DNA of 64,000 bases, from assembly GCF_006345805.1 (NCBI RefSeq), contig NC_042997.1, positions 106,330,001 to 106,394,000 of the forward strand, read 5' to 3'. The notes under the pieces were generated by a model, which was not told the DNA's origin, searched no databases, and saw only the letters and a list, made by a program, of their open reading frames with translations. Positions 1 through 12,755 of the stretch are shown here, piece by piece. The stretch is from Octopus sinensis (Eukaryota). Each line of letters starts with the position of its first letter. The first letter of the stretch is position 1. The position numbers were made by a program, and so were the translations under genes.

Positions 1-552
1 TGGTCATAAGTGATCATGTCTACTTGATCAGAACTGACTCCAGGCTAGTCATTGGCCACAATAACAGCTGATGAGATTGATAATAAAAACCATGAGGAAA
101 TTTTCTCAACAAACCATTTTGTCTTAGCTTAATAACCCTGTTACCTTCATTTCAGTCATCATTACCTGCAGTTTATTCCAAAATAGGAAAATTTACCTCA
201 GATTTCATCTGACCCGTGAAAGCATAGAAAAGTGAACATTGCTGTAGTTAATTATTAGGTTGTTGCACTCCCGATCCAGTGATCATGATTTCAGTTCCTA
301 GACAGGGTGGTGTGTTGTATTCTTAAGCAAAACATTTCATCTCACATTGTTTTGTGATCACTTTCACACACCTGAAGTGTTGTACACTGTGTACCTGTTC
401 AGACAATATCGATTTGATGGAGAGGGTGAGCTAATGTGCAGCACAAACATTTGATCACTATAAACAAATCTTTTGTGCAGGTCATTTGACAAAGGTTGAA
501 TACTCATATGTTATCTTTGACGGGAGAGACCATCATTACTATCATTAAGGCA

Positions 553-762
553 GCAAACTGGTAGAATCATTAGCATGCTGGACAAAATGCTTAGTGGCAT
601 TTTGTCCGTCCTTACATTTTGAGTTCAAGTTCTGCTGGGGTCGACTTTGTCTTTCATCCTTTCAGAATTGATGAAATAAGTCCCAGTTATGCACTGGGGT
701 CAACATAATCAACCAACCCCCTTCCGTTAAAATTTCAGGCCTTGTACCTATAGTAGAAAGCA
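553..762 (+). mobile_element. tRNA-type SINE, family N (central GCCTTTCATCCTTTC...AAGTACCAG domain, Nin/Deu-like)
   Basis: Clear similarity to many other copies in this window (8400, 17163, 23630, 39010). Naming the domain is from memory. Confidence 0.75.
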
Positions 763-1052
763 TTATTACCTCTGTCTTAGCGAAGGCAGTGGTATTGCTT
801 TCAGTCATGTTTGTTTGTTTGTCCCTGGACAAGATATCTCAAGAACCACTGGATGGATTTAGATGAAACTTTCAATGGCACAAACTGATTAGGATTCTCG
901 ACAAGGATTCTGGATTATTTTTTCTGTTTTATTACCTAATTTTTGAGAGCAGTCGGGTTCATTTTCAGTATTCCCGTTTGTGAGAGCAGTCAAGTCTATT
1001 TCAGATATTCTCATTTTAAAAATCATCTTCGGCTAATCGTTGAGAGGACATT
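763..1052 (+). mobile_element. Helentron/HINE-like non-autonomous element, 3'-truncated copy
   Basis: Strong similarity to 24445-24808 (TTATTACCTC start, GTTT microsatellite, GACAAGATATCTCAAGAACC core). Confidence 0.6.
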
Positions 1053-3414
1053 GCTGCTTCCCCAAAATTGCTGGCCTTGTGCCGAAATTTGAAATCATCA
1101 TTATTATTATCATGACAATGATGATGATTACAGTAAAAAAATATCTTCCATATAGTTTTCTGATTTTTTTTTTCTTCCATAAATGGAACCCTAACATAAC
1201 CATGAATCATAGCATTGTTAGATCTATACATCTTTGCATCTACATTGTGTTACAATTGACTCTACATAGTCTGTGGCAGTCACAGTTACTGAGATCACAA
1301 AATTGAGTTGATAATTGACAGTTCTATGTAAATCTTAAATTACCTTGTAAATCTTGATACAACTTTCTCTGACCACATATGACAATGAGCTTTGGTTGCA
1401 TGTATTCTCCTGTTATGACACCAGTTCTATATGGAGCCTCAACTTATAATTTCCTTTTTGTGCAGGTTCACCCATTACAAAAACTAATTGCTCCCTAACT
1501 CATGACATTTGCTAAGATGTTTGTATTTTATAAAACTGTAATTTATCCATCTCAGAATTTTCTCTGCCTCATTTATTGGATTAGCACTCAAATGTCGCAG
1601 TGTTAACCCATATTTACTGTACAACTGGTTTTCTATTGCTATTCAGCTTCCATTGCCCAAATTAGAAAAAAAATAGTTGAAAGGGAGATTGCTATTTTTG
1701 AAACGATTGTTCTATTTTGAGAGTAGGGAAAAAAGAGGTTAATCAGTAAACATCTATTTAATATATTTGAAAAATTTGAAAATCTGTATGAACTTTTTTT
1801 CTTTGTACCTGAATACAATATAGTCCATAATGTGCCATGCAAATTATTCTATGGAACTTGTACAAGTTTTAAACGGGCAATCACCAAGGGAGGCAATTCA
1901 TGTTCATGTTACGTGCTACAAATGAGCTAGATGAGAGTATCTAATACAGTGACTCATGGTTTGCAGTTCAGATCTTAACGATGGCCAATTCTGTCCTTTC
2001 TTCGAGTAGATTGGTAAAATAGATGCTTATGATATATTGTGATCTATGCAAATGATCAAACTACTTTGCTTTACAAAAACTGGTTTGGAGCTTTACAAAA
2101 AAAAAATCATTATCATTAGTTTTATGTCTCTTATGCATGATAGGAATTATTTTACTGCAAACCAATTTTGATTCCCAGATGTAGTTCTATCTCTTCATTT
2201 ATCATTTGGAAAAGCATGAATTTCCAAACTTCAGACTTATAATTTTGTGTTGTATACAAGAAATCAGTGTTTTATGTACATTCATATAGTTATACTATTC
2301 TATTGTAGAATAACCCATGTTGTATAATGCTAATAAAGATTATTGTGAACATTTAAATTTTATTCAAAATTTCATTATATTCCATATCTAAATTAGATTT
2401 CATTTTCTTTCATATTGCAATTTGGCTATACCAGTTTGTGAGTATTACTATTTTTGTTTCATATTATTTTTTTTTTCCCATAATCTGCACTAGTTTTTAT
2501 TTTTCCACTGTTCAGTATTACTAAATCTGTCTAAAATATATATTTTTTTAAAATAACCATAAAGAATAAAAGAATGCAAGTAATGTGGTATTATACTGCA
2601 GAATATAACATTGGTATTTGTCTATTGTACAGCTTTAGTACAGTTTCTGTGAAGCCAGTGATGTCCCATTCCTCTCTGACACCCACCAGAGAGAACTTGT
2701 TGTCATCCTTGATATAAAGCTTGATATGTTGTCATCCTTCATATAAAGCATTTTTCTGTGTCAAGTACCTGAAATGCTATCTTCACTCATCTCTTGGACT
2801 AGACACTAAGTAGCAGATCACACTATTGATGTGTGTGAAGATAGAGCTCTTTTCCTCCCTCCTTCATTCTGTCAATTTTGTGTTTCTGTTTATGTATATA
2901 TTCTGGAATACCCCATGATTCAGTTTTGTTCCCCAACTTTCTGGTTTTTTATGCACCAATGACTTACTTGTACACAACAAAACGCACACACAGATAACAC
3001 TCTTTATTTCTTGCCTAATATTCTCCAGCCATGCATCAACCACTCGCAACCTACACCTGGGATGGTGCTGCTGCACACACACACACACACACACTAGACT
3101 GCATCCAGGAAAGGTCACTTGGCAACCTCCAACCACTGACCCACAGGTGATATACCTCTTCTCTCTGCCTTTTTGTAGTGGCAGCAATGGTCTCACCTCA
3201 CTGCTTTGTGAGTGATTTGGGAAAAGAAAGAACCAGGAGTCAACCTTGAGAGCAAATCAGATAGTGGAGTCACTCAGGCAGTCCAGTACCCACTTTGACA
3301 CCTTTATGGCAACTCCTGGGTAGGTGGAGCTCTCCAGCCCTGTCATGCAAATCAGCTAGAAGGCCACTCCAAGTTAAGAGTTACACCTTGCTGGACACTG
3401 CAGCTGTCTTAGTC

Positions 3415-3495
3415 TACTGAGCCACTGTGGTCAGACATCTACCCACTGAGCCACTATGGTCAGACTTCTATCTACTGATCCATTATGGTCACAAT
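3415..3495. repeat. Short tandem repeat, about 3 units of 25-29 bp
   Basis: CTACTGAGCCACTGTGGTCAGAC / CCACTGAGCCACTATGGTCAGAC / CTACTGATCCATTATGGTCACA seen directly. Confidence 0.7.
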
Positions 3496-3849
3496 TCCAA
3501 GCATAACAAGTGGAATTGAATTGCATGGACTGACTCTCACTTTAAAACTACTAAGCACAGGCAGGAGAAACAGCCCTGATGTTTCAAGGATCAGTTTACA
3601 TAGCCACTTGAGGGTGTGCCACTCTTCCTCGTGATCTTCAGACGCAAAGAAACTGCAATTGCAGGAAGAATAAAGTGACTTATGTGGGATTTGAACTGAG
3701 GATAGAATAAATACCACAAAGTATATTTGGCTGATATTCTAATGATTTTGTGAGCTTACCAATATATATCTATGTGCATGCATCTGTGTAGGTTTTCATA
3801 CATACTTTCACATTTTATGTTTGTGTATACATAAAATAATGTGTATGTG

Positions 3850-4110
3850 CATAACATATATATATATACATATGTATGTTTGTATGTATGCATATATATA
3901 TGTGTGTTATGTGTATATATATATATATGTATGTTTGTATGTATGCATATATATATATGTGTTATGTGTATATATATATATATGTATGTTTGTATGTATG
4001 CATATATATATATGTGTTATGTGTATATATATATATATGTATGTTTGTATGTATGCATATATATATATGTGTTATGTGTATATATATGTATGTTTGTGCA
4101 TGCGTATGTA
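3850..4110. repeat. Higher-order compound microsatellite, about 50-bp unit ((TA)n-TGTATGTTTGTATGTATGCA-(TA)n-TGTGTTATGTG)
   Basis: The unit repeats about 5 times and accounts for the YI/CV-rich ORFs at 3821-4285. Confidence 0.85.
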
Positions 4111-4114
4111 TGTA

Positions 4115-4160
<46 letters not shown>

Positions 4161-4741
4161 CACACAGACATATGCATACATACATACATACACACATGAA
4201 TAAACATTCATTAATTCAGATATATGTATTTATGTCTTTTTTTTTTTTCTTTCTTTCATGTCATCCACCATATTGTGACATTTGATTTTGTTCGTTTTCT
4301 CTATCATAGGCCGTAAGTATTTCGGGGGGTTTTTTTTTCTTGTAATGTGTATGTTTTTTTTTATATATGTTGCTTCCTTTTTACTGCTTCTGTTATCTAT
4401 GAAGATAAGTGTCTATGTTTCACTTAACTATCTTTCAGATGTTTTTGATTTAAAAACATCATTGCATGAAAATATTTCATTCTCAACTGAATTAAAAGCA
4501 TTCTGTTATTCGTTAGAACGTATCAATAAATAAATGTGTGTATTGTGCATGTGTGTGTGTGTGTGTATGTATATATATATATATATATATATTGCATGTG
4601 AGTGCATCTATATATGTATACATATATTGTATCTGTGTATGTGTATATATATTATATACATGTGTGTGTATGTATATATATACATATGTTATGTGTATGT
4701 GTATATATATATTATATTATATATGTGTATGTATATATTAG

Positions 4742-5435
4742 TATAATAATAATAATAATAATAATAATTGTGTACAGTGCTCAGGTGCACTACAACTCAT
4801 CTAAAGTGTATATATAATCAGGTGTAGTTTCGGCGGATTTCGGAAAGCATGAGGGCCTTAAAAGATGCAGTGTCATGGCAGTCAACAACTGACGCAGGCA
4901 GTTTATTCCATGCTTCAGCAACTCTGAGCGTGAAAAAATGTTTCCGAAAGTCATGAGAGCTGTATTGTTTTCTGACTTTGTAGGCATGTCCACGTGTGTT
5001 AGACACATGGAGATCAAAAAGGTGTTCAGTGTTGTTGTTGGTGAGGTGGTTGATAACTTTGTGGGTGTTTACCAAGTCCGTCGCCAGACGCCGGAGCTTC
5101 AGTGAATCCATGCCCAGGGAAACAAGGCGCTCAGAATATGGTAGGTGTCTGATGGAGGGTATGCGTTTGGTTGCACGTCTCTGGACAGATTCCAGGAGGT
5201 CAATGTTCTGTGCAAGATAGGGGTTCCAAACTGATGATGCAAATTCCAAGTGTGGTCGTACCATAGCTGTATACAGTTTTAAATAGATGGCTGGAGAGCG
5301 GCTAACAAAAGACCTGCTGAGTGATGCCAAGACACCCTCGGCCTTCCTGACAATCTTAGAGATATGCTTTGTCCAACACAAATCACTGCTGACAGTGATG
5401 CCTAGGTCACGCTCGCAAGAGGATTTCTTGATATC
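4742..5435 (-). mobile_element. CR1-clade LINE, 5'-truncated: RT C-terminus, 3' UTR and (ATT)n tail
   Basis: ORF 4818-5381 has MVRPHLEFASSVWNPY, LESVQRRATK, TRGH and FFTLRVAEAWNKLP; ERDLGI lies just upstream; tail at 4742-4768. Confidence 0.9.
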
Positions 5436-5489
5436 AGTGTTGATATCAGTATGTATATATATATTTCTATATTACATATGTGTATGTAT

Positions 5490-5830
5490 AATCTTTTACT
5501 TGTTTCAGTCATTTGACTGTGGCCATGCTAGAGCACCACCTTTAGTCGAGCAAGTCGACACCAGGACTTGTTCTTTGTAAGCCTAGTACTTATTCAGTCG
5601 GTCTCTTTTGCTGAACCGCTAAGTTACGGGGATGTAAACACACCAGCATCAGTTGTCATGCAATGTTTGGGGACAAACACAGACATACACACACACATAT
5701 ATATACACATATATATGACGGGCTTCTTTCAGTTTCCGTCTACCAAATCCTCTCACAAGGCTTTGGTCGGCCCGAAGCCATAGCAAAAGACACATGCTCA
5801 AGGTGCCACACAGTGGGAAAGTACCCAGAA
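5490..5830 (-). mobile_element. Two adjacent SINE fragments (families S1 and S2) separated by (CA)/(TA) repeats
   Basis: Same two families occur together at 14745-15125 and 29050-29433. Confidence 0.75.
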
Positions 5831-6059
5831 CCATGTGGTATATATATTTATATATTATATTTGTGTATATCTTGTTTATATACATTCGTGCAATTTGTTT
5901 TTGTTTATTCTTATTTTGTTCATGTGTTTACACCCACTTATTATTATTATTATTATCATTATTATTATTATTATTACGTATGCTTGTATGTATGTATGTA
6001 TAACAACAATACTAGTGATAAAAAAAAACAGAAAATACAAATATTGCAGGCATTTCCAC

Positions 6060-6410
6060 ACACACACTAACTAAACATAGACTACATAGAGATATACGCA
6101 TGCACAAATGAAGACACATACAATACAAATACAAAATGGCTGACGGTTAGTAAGAAGAGACACACAAATAAGAAAGAAAAAAGCAAAGGACCACTGATGC
6201 GGTCACAGGAGTGTGACGAAAGATCTCTGGCTGAAATAAGATTAAGATTAATGTAATAAATAAATAACACTGAAGCAAAGTAACACCAAATATATAGTGC
6301 GTGTGTTTTTATTGGCTAAACTGGCAAAATGACCATTCCAAAATACAACAATATCTGTTTCAACACACGATTTCACATAAAAAATCTTGCACAACAAATA
6401 TATAAATGTA
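6060..6410. mobile_element. Penelope-like terminal-repeat remnant with a hammerhead-like core at 6191-6230
   Basis: 6270-6355 is the reverse complement of 30262-30350. The CTGATG..stem..GAAA core is seen directly. Penelope assignment is inferred from the hammerhead association. Confidence 0.6.
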
Positions 6411-6470
6411 TATATACTATTATTTTTATTATTATTATTATTATTATAATTATTATATATGTGTGTGTGT

Positions 6471-6715
6471 GAAGATGCACAGCTTAGTGGTTTGGGTACT
6501 TGGTTCACAATTGTAAGGTCATGAGTCCAGTATCCAGTGGTGCATTGTATCCTGAAGCAAGACACTTTATTTCACTTTTTCCTGTCCACTCGCCTGGCAA
6601 AAGTGAGTAGTGCTTATATTTCAGAGGGCCAGCCTTGTCACATTCTGTGTTATGTTAAATCTCCCCGAAAACTAAATTAGGAGTGTCTGTGGAGTGCTCA
6701 GCTGTTTGAATGTTC
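6471..6715 (+). mobile_element. Degenerate tRNA-derived SINE
   Basis: A-box-like CAGCTTAGTGG, decayed B-box region, CCTGAAGCAAGACACTT core also seen in reverse at about 320-340 and 15580. Confidence 0.55.
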
Positions 6716-7336
6716 ATTTCATGAGCAGGCTGGTCCATTGATTGGATCAACTGGAATGCTCATCATTGTAACTGATGTAGTACCACATATAAAGTACTGG
6801 TGCCTCATAATAAGCACCCAGTACACTCTGTAAAGTGTTGGTGTTAGGATGAGTATCTGGTCATAGAAACCAGTTCCTGTCAAACCGTCCAACCCATACC
6901 AGCATGTGAAACAGACATTAAATGATGATGAGGATACACACACATACACACACACACCTGTGTACACACATACATACATGTCAACTCATATATACAAACA
7001 CATATATGTGGCTCATTTGATGGCCTCTAGCTGTAGTGATGTCCAAACTGACTGATGTTATAAAATGGTCTTGTCTATGAATAGAGTCATTTTCACATTT
7101 TTATAAATGCAAACAAAGATAAAGGAGAAACATAAATTAAACTCTGGAGAAAATAATTTACAATTACAATGTTACCTTATTCCTATTGATTGGGTTTTTT
7201 TCTTGCCAAGTTCCAAACAAAATGAAAAGATTAAGATGTTGAGCAATTAACCACATCCTTGTCAGTTCAAACCTTATTACATCTTGCATGTTCTACCTTC
7301 AGTTAAGTTACTTATTTCAGTTTACTTATCTCAGAC

Positions 7337-7525
7337 ATCATCATCATCATTTAACGTCCGTTCTCCGTGCTAGCATGGGTTGGATGGTTCAACCGGGGAT
7401 CTGGGAAGCCAGAAGGCTGCACCAGGCTCTAGTCTGATCTGGCAGTGTTTCTACAGCTGGATGCCCTTCCTAATGCCAACCACTCCGTGAGTGTAGTGGG
7501 TGCTTTTTACGTGCCACCGGCCACG
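7337..7525 (-). mobile_element. SINE family R ((GAT)n tail, RTE-like 3' end)
   Basis: Reverse complement of the copies at 42203-42408 and 52845-53068. Confidence 0.8.
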
Positions 7526-8097
7526 ATCGGATTGGTGCTTAGGTTAATTCCTCTCATACTTTTCAATAGAGTGTTTAGTAACCATTTGGCTATAAAAATA
7601 AAATCTTTAATGAAAGGTTAGCTTTGAATGGAATAATAAAACAATAAATGAAATCCTATTGCTTTTTAGCCTACAGTCAATAAATATCCTTCATATAAAT
7701 ATTCTCCAATAAAATTCTTTCTTTGCTGTTTTTTTTTCTTTATTTGACTTACTGCTGCTTTCTGTCCCCTCTTTTAGTTTTTCCTAGCAACTTGTAATGC
7801 CATGTGCTACTGAGCACTGTATACCATAGACCTATTATTTAAGTCACTGTGGTTGACTTTGCATTTCATCCTTATAGGGTTGAAGTAGAAATATCATTAT
7901 AGCAAATATTCTGCTCAATATCACATATTTACTTGCCATTTGCTTGACCTTAACCACTCAAGCATGTCCCTTAGTGGCTGACAATATGGGCATCTCTGAG
8001 CGGGAATAGTTGGGGAGCACTGGGGTCTATGTAAATGACTTACCCCACTCTCTCAAAAATGCTGGCCTTATGTGCAAGCTTGAGACTATTATTATTA

Positions 8098-8776
8098 AGG
8101 CAGTGAGCTGGTAGAATCATTAACATGTTTTTCCAGCTCTTTATGTTCTGAGTTCAAATGCTGCCAAAGCTGACTTTGCCTTTCATCTTTTCAGGATTGA
8201 TAAAAGTAGTACCAGTTGAACACTGGTGTTGATGGAATCGACATTTCCTTTCCTTGTGCATTTGCTTGCCTTGTGCTAAAATTTGAATCCATTGTTATTA
8301 AGGCATCAACCTGACAGAATTGTATCTGTACTGGACAAATACTTAGTGGCATTTCTTCCATCTGCATGTTCTCAGTCCAAATTCTGCCAACCCTGACTTA
8401 AGGTGGCGAGCTGGCAGAAACGTTAGCACGCCAAGCGAAATGCTTAGCGGTATTTCATCTGCCACTACGTTCTGAGTTCAAATTCCGCCGAGGTCAACTT
8501 TACCTTTCATCCTTTCGAGGTCGATTAAATAAGTACCAGTTACGCACTGGGGGTCAATATAATCGACTTAATCCGTTTGTCTGTCATTGTTTGTCCCCTC
8601 TGTCTGTAGCCCCTTGTGGGCAGTAAAGAAATAAAACATTGACTTAACTGTTATTCCTTTTGGGTAGGTAAAACAAGTACCAGTTATGCACTGGGGTCGA
8701 TGTAATCGACTCATCCTCTCCCCCAAAATTGCTACCCTTCTGACAAAATTTGAAACCCTTATTATTATTATTATTA

Positions 8777-8845
<69 letters not shown>

Positions 8846-9064
8846 CATCATCATCATCGAGGCAGCAAGCTGGCAGAATCATTAGTATGCTGGGTGGAAT
8901 GCTTAGAGTTATTTCATCTAAGTTCTGAGTTCAAATTCCACTCAGGTCAAGTTTGCCTTTCATCCTTTCAGGGTTGATAAATTAAGTACCAGTCGAGCAC
9001 TATAGTTAATGTAATTGACTAACACCTCCACCATTATCTCAGGCCTTGTACATATAGTAGAAAA

Positions 9065-9065
<1 letters not shown>
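8098..9065 (+). mobile_element. Head-to-tail cluster of about 5 family N SINE copies or fragments
   Basis: Repeated AAGG..AGCTGGCAGAA heads and TTTCATCCTTTC..AAGTACCAG cores at about 8098, 8298, 8400, 8640 and 8860, with (ATT)n tails. Confidence 0.85.
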
Positions 9066-9098
<33 letters not shown>

Positions 9099-9159
9099 AT
9101 TAGCTTAGCTTCATTATATTTCTACTGCTTTAATTAAATTTCTTTATTTCCTTCCACAG

Positions 9160-9232
9160 GGCTTCACTCCTCTTCATCTTGCGTCAATACAATGTCATGA
9201 TGATGTCATTGAACTGCTAATTCAAACATACA
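9160..9232 (+). CDS. SOWAH: SOWAH-family ankyrin repeat protein, internal exon (first in window): GFTPLHLASIQCHDDVIELLIQTY
   Basis: Pyrimidine tract + CAG acceptor at 9157-9159 and GTAAGC donor at 9233. Translation carries the ankyrin G-x-TPLHLA motif. 73 nt, phase 0 in and phase 1 out. With the next exon it matches the SOWAH-type pattern GxTPLHLA...(K/D)AxxxIRDxSGKKxxQYL from memory. Paralog identity (A-D) cannot be assigned. Confidence 0.9.
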
Positions 9233-9327
9233 GTAAGCAGCAGTCTGTTTTTCTTTCATATATATATATATATATATATAATAAAGAGTATGGAGAGCCG
9301 TACATCCACAAAATTTGTTTTAAAAAA

Positions 9328-9890
9328 ATAATAATAATGAAATTATTGTGTACAGTGCTGAGGTGCACTACAACTCATCAAAGGTGGATGTGCCGTACAT
9401 AGAATTATATACAAAAGTCAGGAAAGTGAACAGTGTAAGAGTCATGTTATACATGCGTGCATGCATATTGAGGGAGAGATATCAGGTATAGCATTGGTGA
9501 ATTTCATGAAGCATGAAGGTTTTAAAGGATACAATGTCTCGGCAACTAATAACTGATGTAGGTAGTTTGTTCCATGCCTCAGCAACTCTGAGCATGAAAA
9601 AAATGTTTCCAAAAGTCATGGGAGCTGTGCTGTTTTCTGATTTGTAGGCATGCACATGGAGCTATAAAAAAAAAGGTGTTCAAGGTGATTGTTGGTGCAA
9701 TAGTTAATAATTCTGTGGGTGTTTACTAAGTCAGTTGTCAGATCTTCAGTATATCTATGCCCAGAGAAGCAAGGCATTCAGAATATGGTAGATTCCTGAT
9801 GGAGAGTATTCGCTTGGTTGTATGTCTCTGAACAGTTTCCAGGAGGTCAATGTCCTGAGCAAGATAGGGGTTCCAGACTGGTGATTCAAA
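9328..9890 (-). mobile_element. Second, more degenerate copy of the CR1-clade LINE
   Basis: Aligns to 4765-5245 (TTGTGTACAGTGCT.AGGTGCACTACAACTCATC end; CAGCAACTCTGAGC; GGAGGTCAATGT). Confidence 0.85.
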
Positions 9891-10791
9891 TTCCACTCAT
9901 GTTTCCGCTACTGTGACTACTCACTATTGCAGATGGTTAGCTGTTAACTGGAACTTAACCAAGAGCTAATACAGTATCCACCTGGATAATATATTCCTCC
10001 AAACTAACTTATATATATAGTCCATTTTTCTCTCACTTTTTATCTTCTAGTCAGGCAGAAAGGCAGTACATATACCTATAATTTCTTTACAGAGAGGAAA
10101 GGAGAATGTTTTCTCAAACCTGAGACCTATCCTGAATATTTGCATCAGAGTTCTCTCTCAGTGCATGACACTCAGGGCTGCTGTCTTCTACTATAGCTTC
10201 AGAGAGACATGTTTTGTGGGTAGTATTGATAGATGGAAACTACATGGGATCCTGTTGTATGCATGTGCACAAATATTGACATTTCACAGCTTTTCCTATC
10301 ATATCCCTGAATGAAACAGGAAGCAATAATATGGTGTTTACATTCTCTGTTGATTCTCTATCCCATCACTCTTTGCTTTTCAAAACAACTAATGTAAAAA
10401 GAATGCCATACATAAAAAAAGGGTTTTACTAGAAAGCCACCCATCTATATAATACTGCCCCCACGTAAGTCTGCACCTAACTTGTGCTAGCATAGAAAAA
10501 TGGACACAAAACAAATGAGAGATAGCTTATAAGGAATATATTGGAAATAGACTATGAAATTTTCCATGCATTCAACATATTTGAAGAAATAAATTATCAT
10601 CTTTAAGCTTCTAAAATATCGTTTGAAATGCTCCAATTATTATAAATTACTCTTTTAATAGCTTATAACGTTAAAATCTTCCAAAGTGTACAAACCTCTT
10701 TAAAATTCTTTTTTTACCTTCATTTCTCTCTCTTTCTCCTTCTCTCACCCTCTAGCTTCTCTCATTTCTTACATTTTCTATTTCTTCACAG

Positions 10792-10872
10792 AAGCCAACC
10801 CAAACATCAGGGACCACAGTGGTAAGAAACCAAAGCAATATTTGAGCAGTTCTGCATCCGCCAGGTGTCAAC
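10792..10872 (+). CDS. SOWAH: SOWAH-family exon: (K)ANPNIRDHSGKKPKQYLSSSASARCQ
   Basis: Long CT tract + CAG acceptor, GTAAGC donor at 10873. 81 nt, phase 1-1, in frame with the previous exon. RDHSGKKPKQYL is the typical end of the SOWAH ankyrin region. Confidence 0.9.
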
Positions 10873-11017
10873 GTAAGCAATCTTTGGATACTTATCCAGT
10901 ATCACCAATCCGTAGCATTATTCCTCATGGAAATATAAGGGATAAAATACAACATCTCTCCTTGGCTTCTAGTGCTTCTTACAAAGTGTGAAGCATTGGC
11001 ATTATTACTAATAATTC

Positions 11018-11062
<45 letters not shown>

Positions 11063-11328
11063 GTATACTGGCCTTTATTAGTTTTAGGACAGAAATTTAT
11101 TTTCTGCTTTTGTTTGCTTATTTTGCATGTTAAAATTTTTAATCCATTTCTGGCATATATATGCATAAAAAAAAAAGTTTGAAAATGATTTTTAAATTGT
11201 TACATTGTGACAAACTAATCTGTGATTTTAAGTAAATATTTTATTTTTAAATTGTTAAAAAAAAAAATTAATTTCAAGAATTTTTGTTTGATAACAAATG
11301 TTGAACGAATGCTTTTTACCTTTTTGTG

Positions 11329-11359
<31 letters not shown>

Positions 11360-12542
11360 CTTGTGTAACTGTTTATGAACAAATTCTAGTCAGTTTGCAT
11401 AATTTAGAAGGAGATAACTCTTTACAAAATGTCACAGTTATCCTTCTTGATATTTTATTTTCAGTCGTTTCTTTCACCAAAATCCCTCGTTTCTTTGTTT
11501 TGTTTTACAAGTCATTCCACCAGAAGGAGATGAAAACAGACACAACTCATGTGTCTTCAGTATTAATTTCATCGACTATGTCCTCTTCATTAATGAAAAG
11601 GATAGCTGGCTTCATTGTCTTCGAAAGAAAATCAGACATAGAGGGTTGAGTACCAGAAAATATACATTCTGGTATTTAACTACTCTTAAATACCAAATTC
11701 TAGGTTATCTTTTGTCACTCTTTTTGGGTCGATTAACTGAGGTTCAGTCAAGTTATATCAACTATGACACTTTCAAAAATGTGTAGCCATGGGCCTGTGA
11801 TATAATCGTAATTATTGTTGTTGTTATTATTATAATAAGGTGGTTGGGTGTTTGGAACAGAAGAGCAGTTTTTTTTTTTTTTACAGTATTTAGTTCTTCC
11901 ACGACTTTGAGTTCAGATCTCACTGTAATCGACTTACTCCGCTCATATATGGGGTCTTGAACTCAATTCAGTCAATCAAGTCTACACTTCCTCTATTTGT
12001 GGGTTTTTTTTTGTTTTTTCTTTTCCTATCCTTTCGGAATTTATAAGGTGGCTGCCACCTATATTCTTCAGTGGATAAAACATGATGTTTTTACTACAAA
12101 TTTGTGGTCTTAAACGAATGTGCCTTGTCTTTGGCCCCTTCAGGAGTTCTATGGTACTATTGTAACATATGACATGTCTTGGCTGACTAAATCTTACAGA
12201 GACATCCCATCCTTCAATTTGTGATCTTATGTTAATATAAGAAAATCATTTTTATAATTATTTATATTTCACTGAGAGAGCAATATAAAATTGGAAAACC
12301 ATATGATTTTTCAATTTCATTCAGTCCATTCAGTAATTAATTACAGTTATTAATTTCCCTTTTCTCAGTTCGAGTTTCCATGACTGAGTTTATATATTAC
12401 CTGAAATATACAGGTGTTAATGCTACATATAATAGTCCATTCTTTTTCAAAAATTGGTCTCATGCCTGCATACAAGAATCATCTTTTAGCATTGAATGTG
12501 TTTCCTTGCTGGCGTGGGTTTAATAAGCAACACTATGACATG

Positions 12543-12755
12543 CAGTAGTATCTCACTTTTTGAACAACTCTGATCGCAAATAAATTGTGCTTTATATATA
12601 TAGATATAGATATATATATATATAAAGCATGATTTATTCATTACCAAAGGCGTTCATAAACCAAGGTACCACTGTATTAAATGAATATGAGAAAGACAGG
12701 AAATGAAGTACGATTTATTTGTGATCAGAGTTGTTCAAAAACCGAGGTTCTACTG
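12543..12755. mobile_element. Tigger/pogo-type MITE with about 40-bp TIRs and an extra internal TIR end at about 12655-12674
   Basis: CAGTAGTATCTCACTTTTTGAACAACTCTGATC versus GATCAGAGTTGTTCAAAAACCGAGGTTCTACTG followed by TA. Confidence 0.7.

Noticed and set aside
1-9159. Upstream SOWAH exon (expected ...LHWAAK... ankyrin repeat)
   Set aside because: No matching coding segment with splice sites was found; the earlier exons are presumably left of the window.
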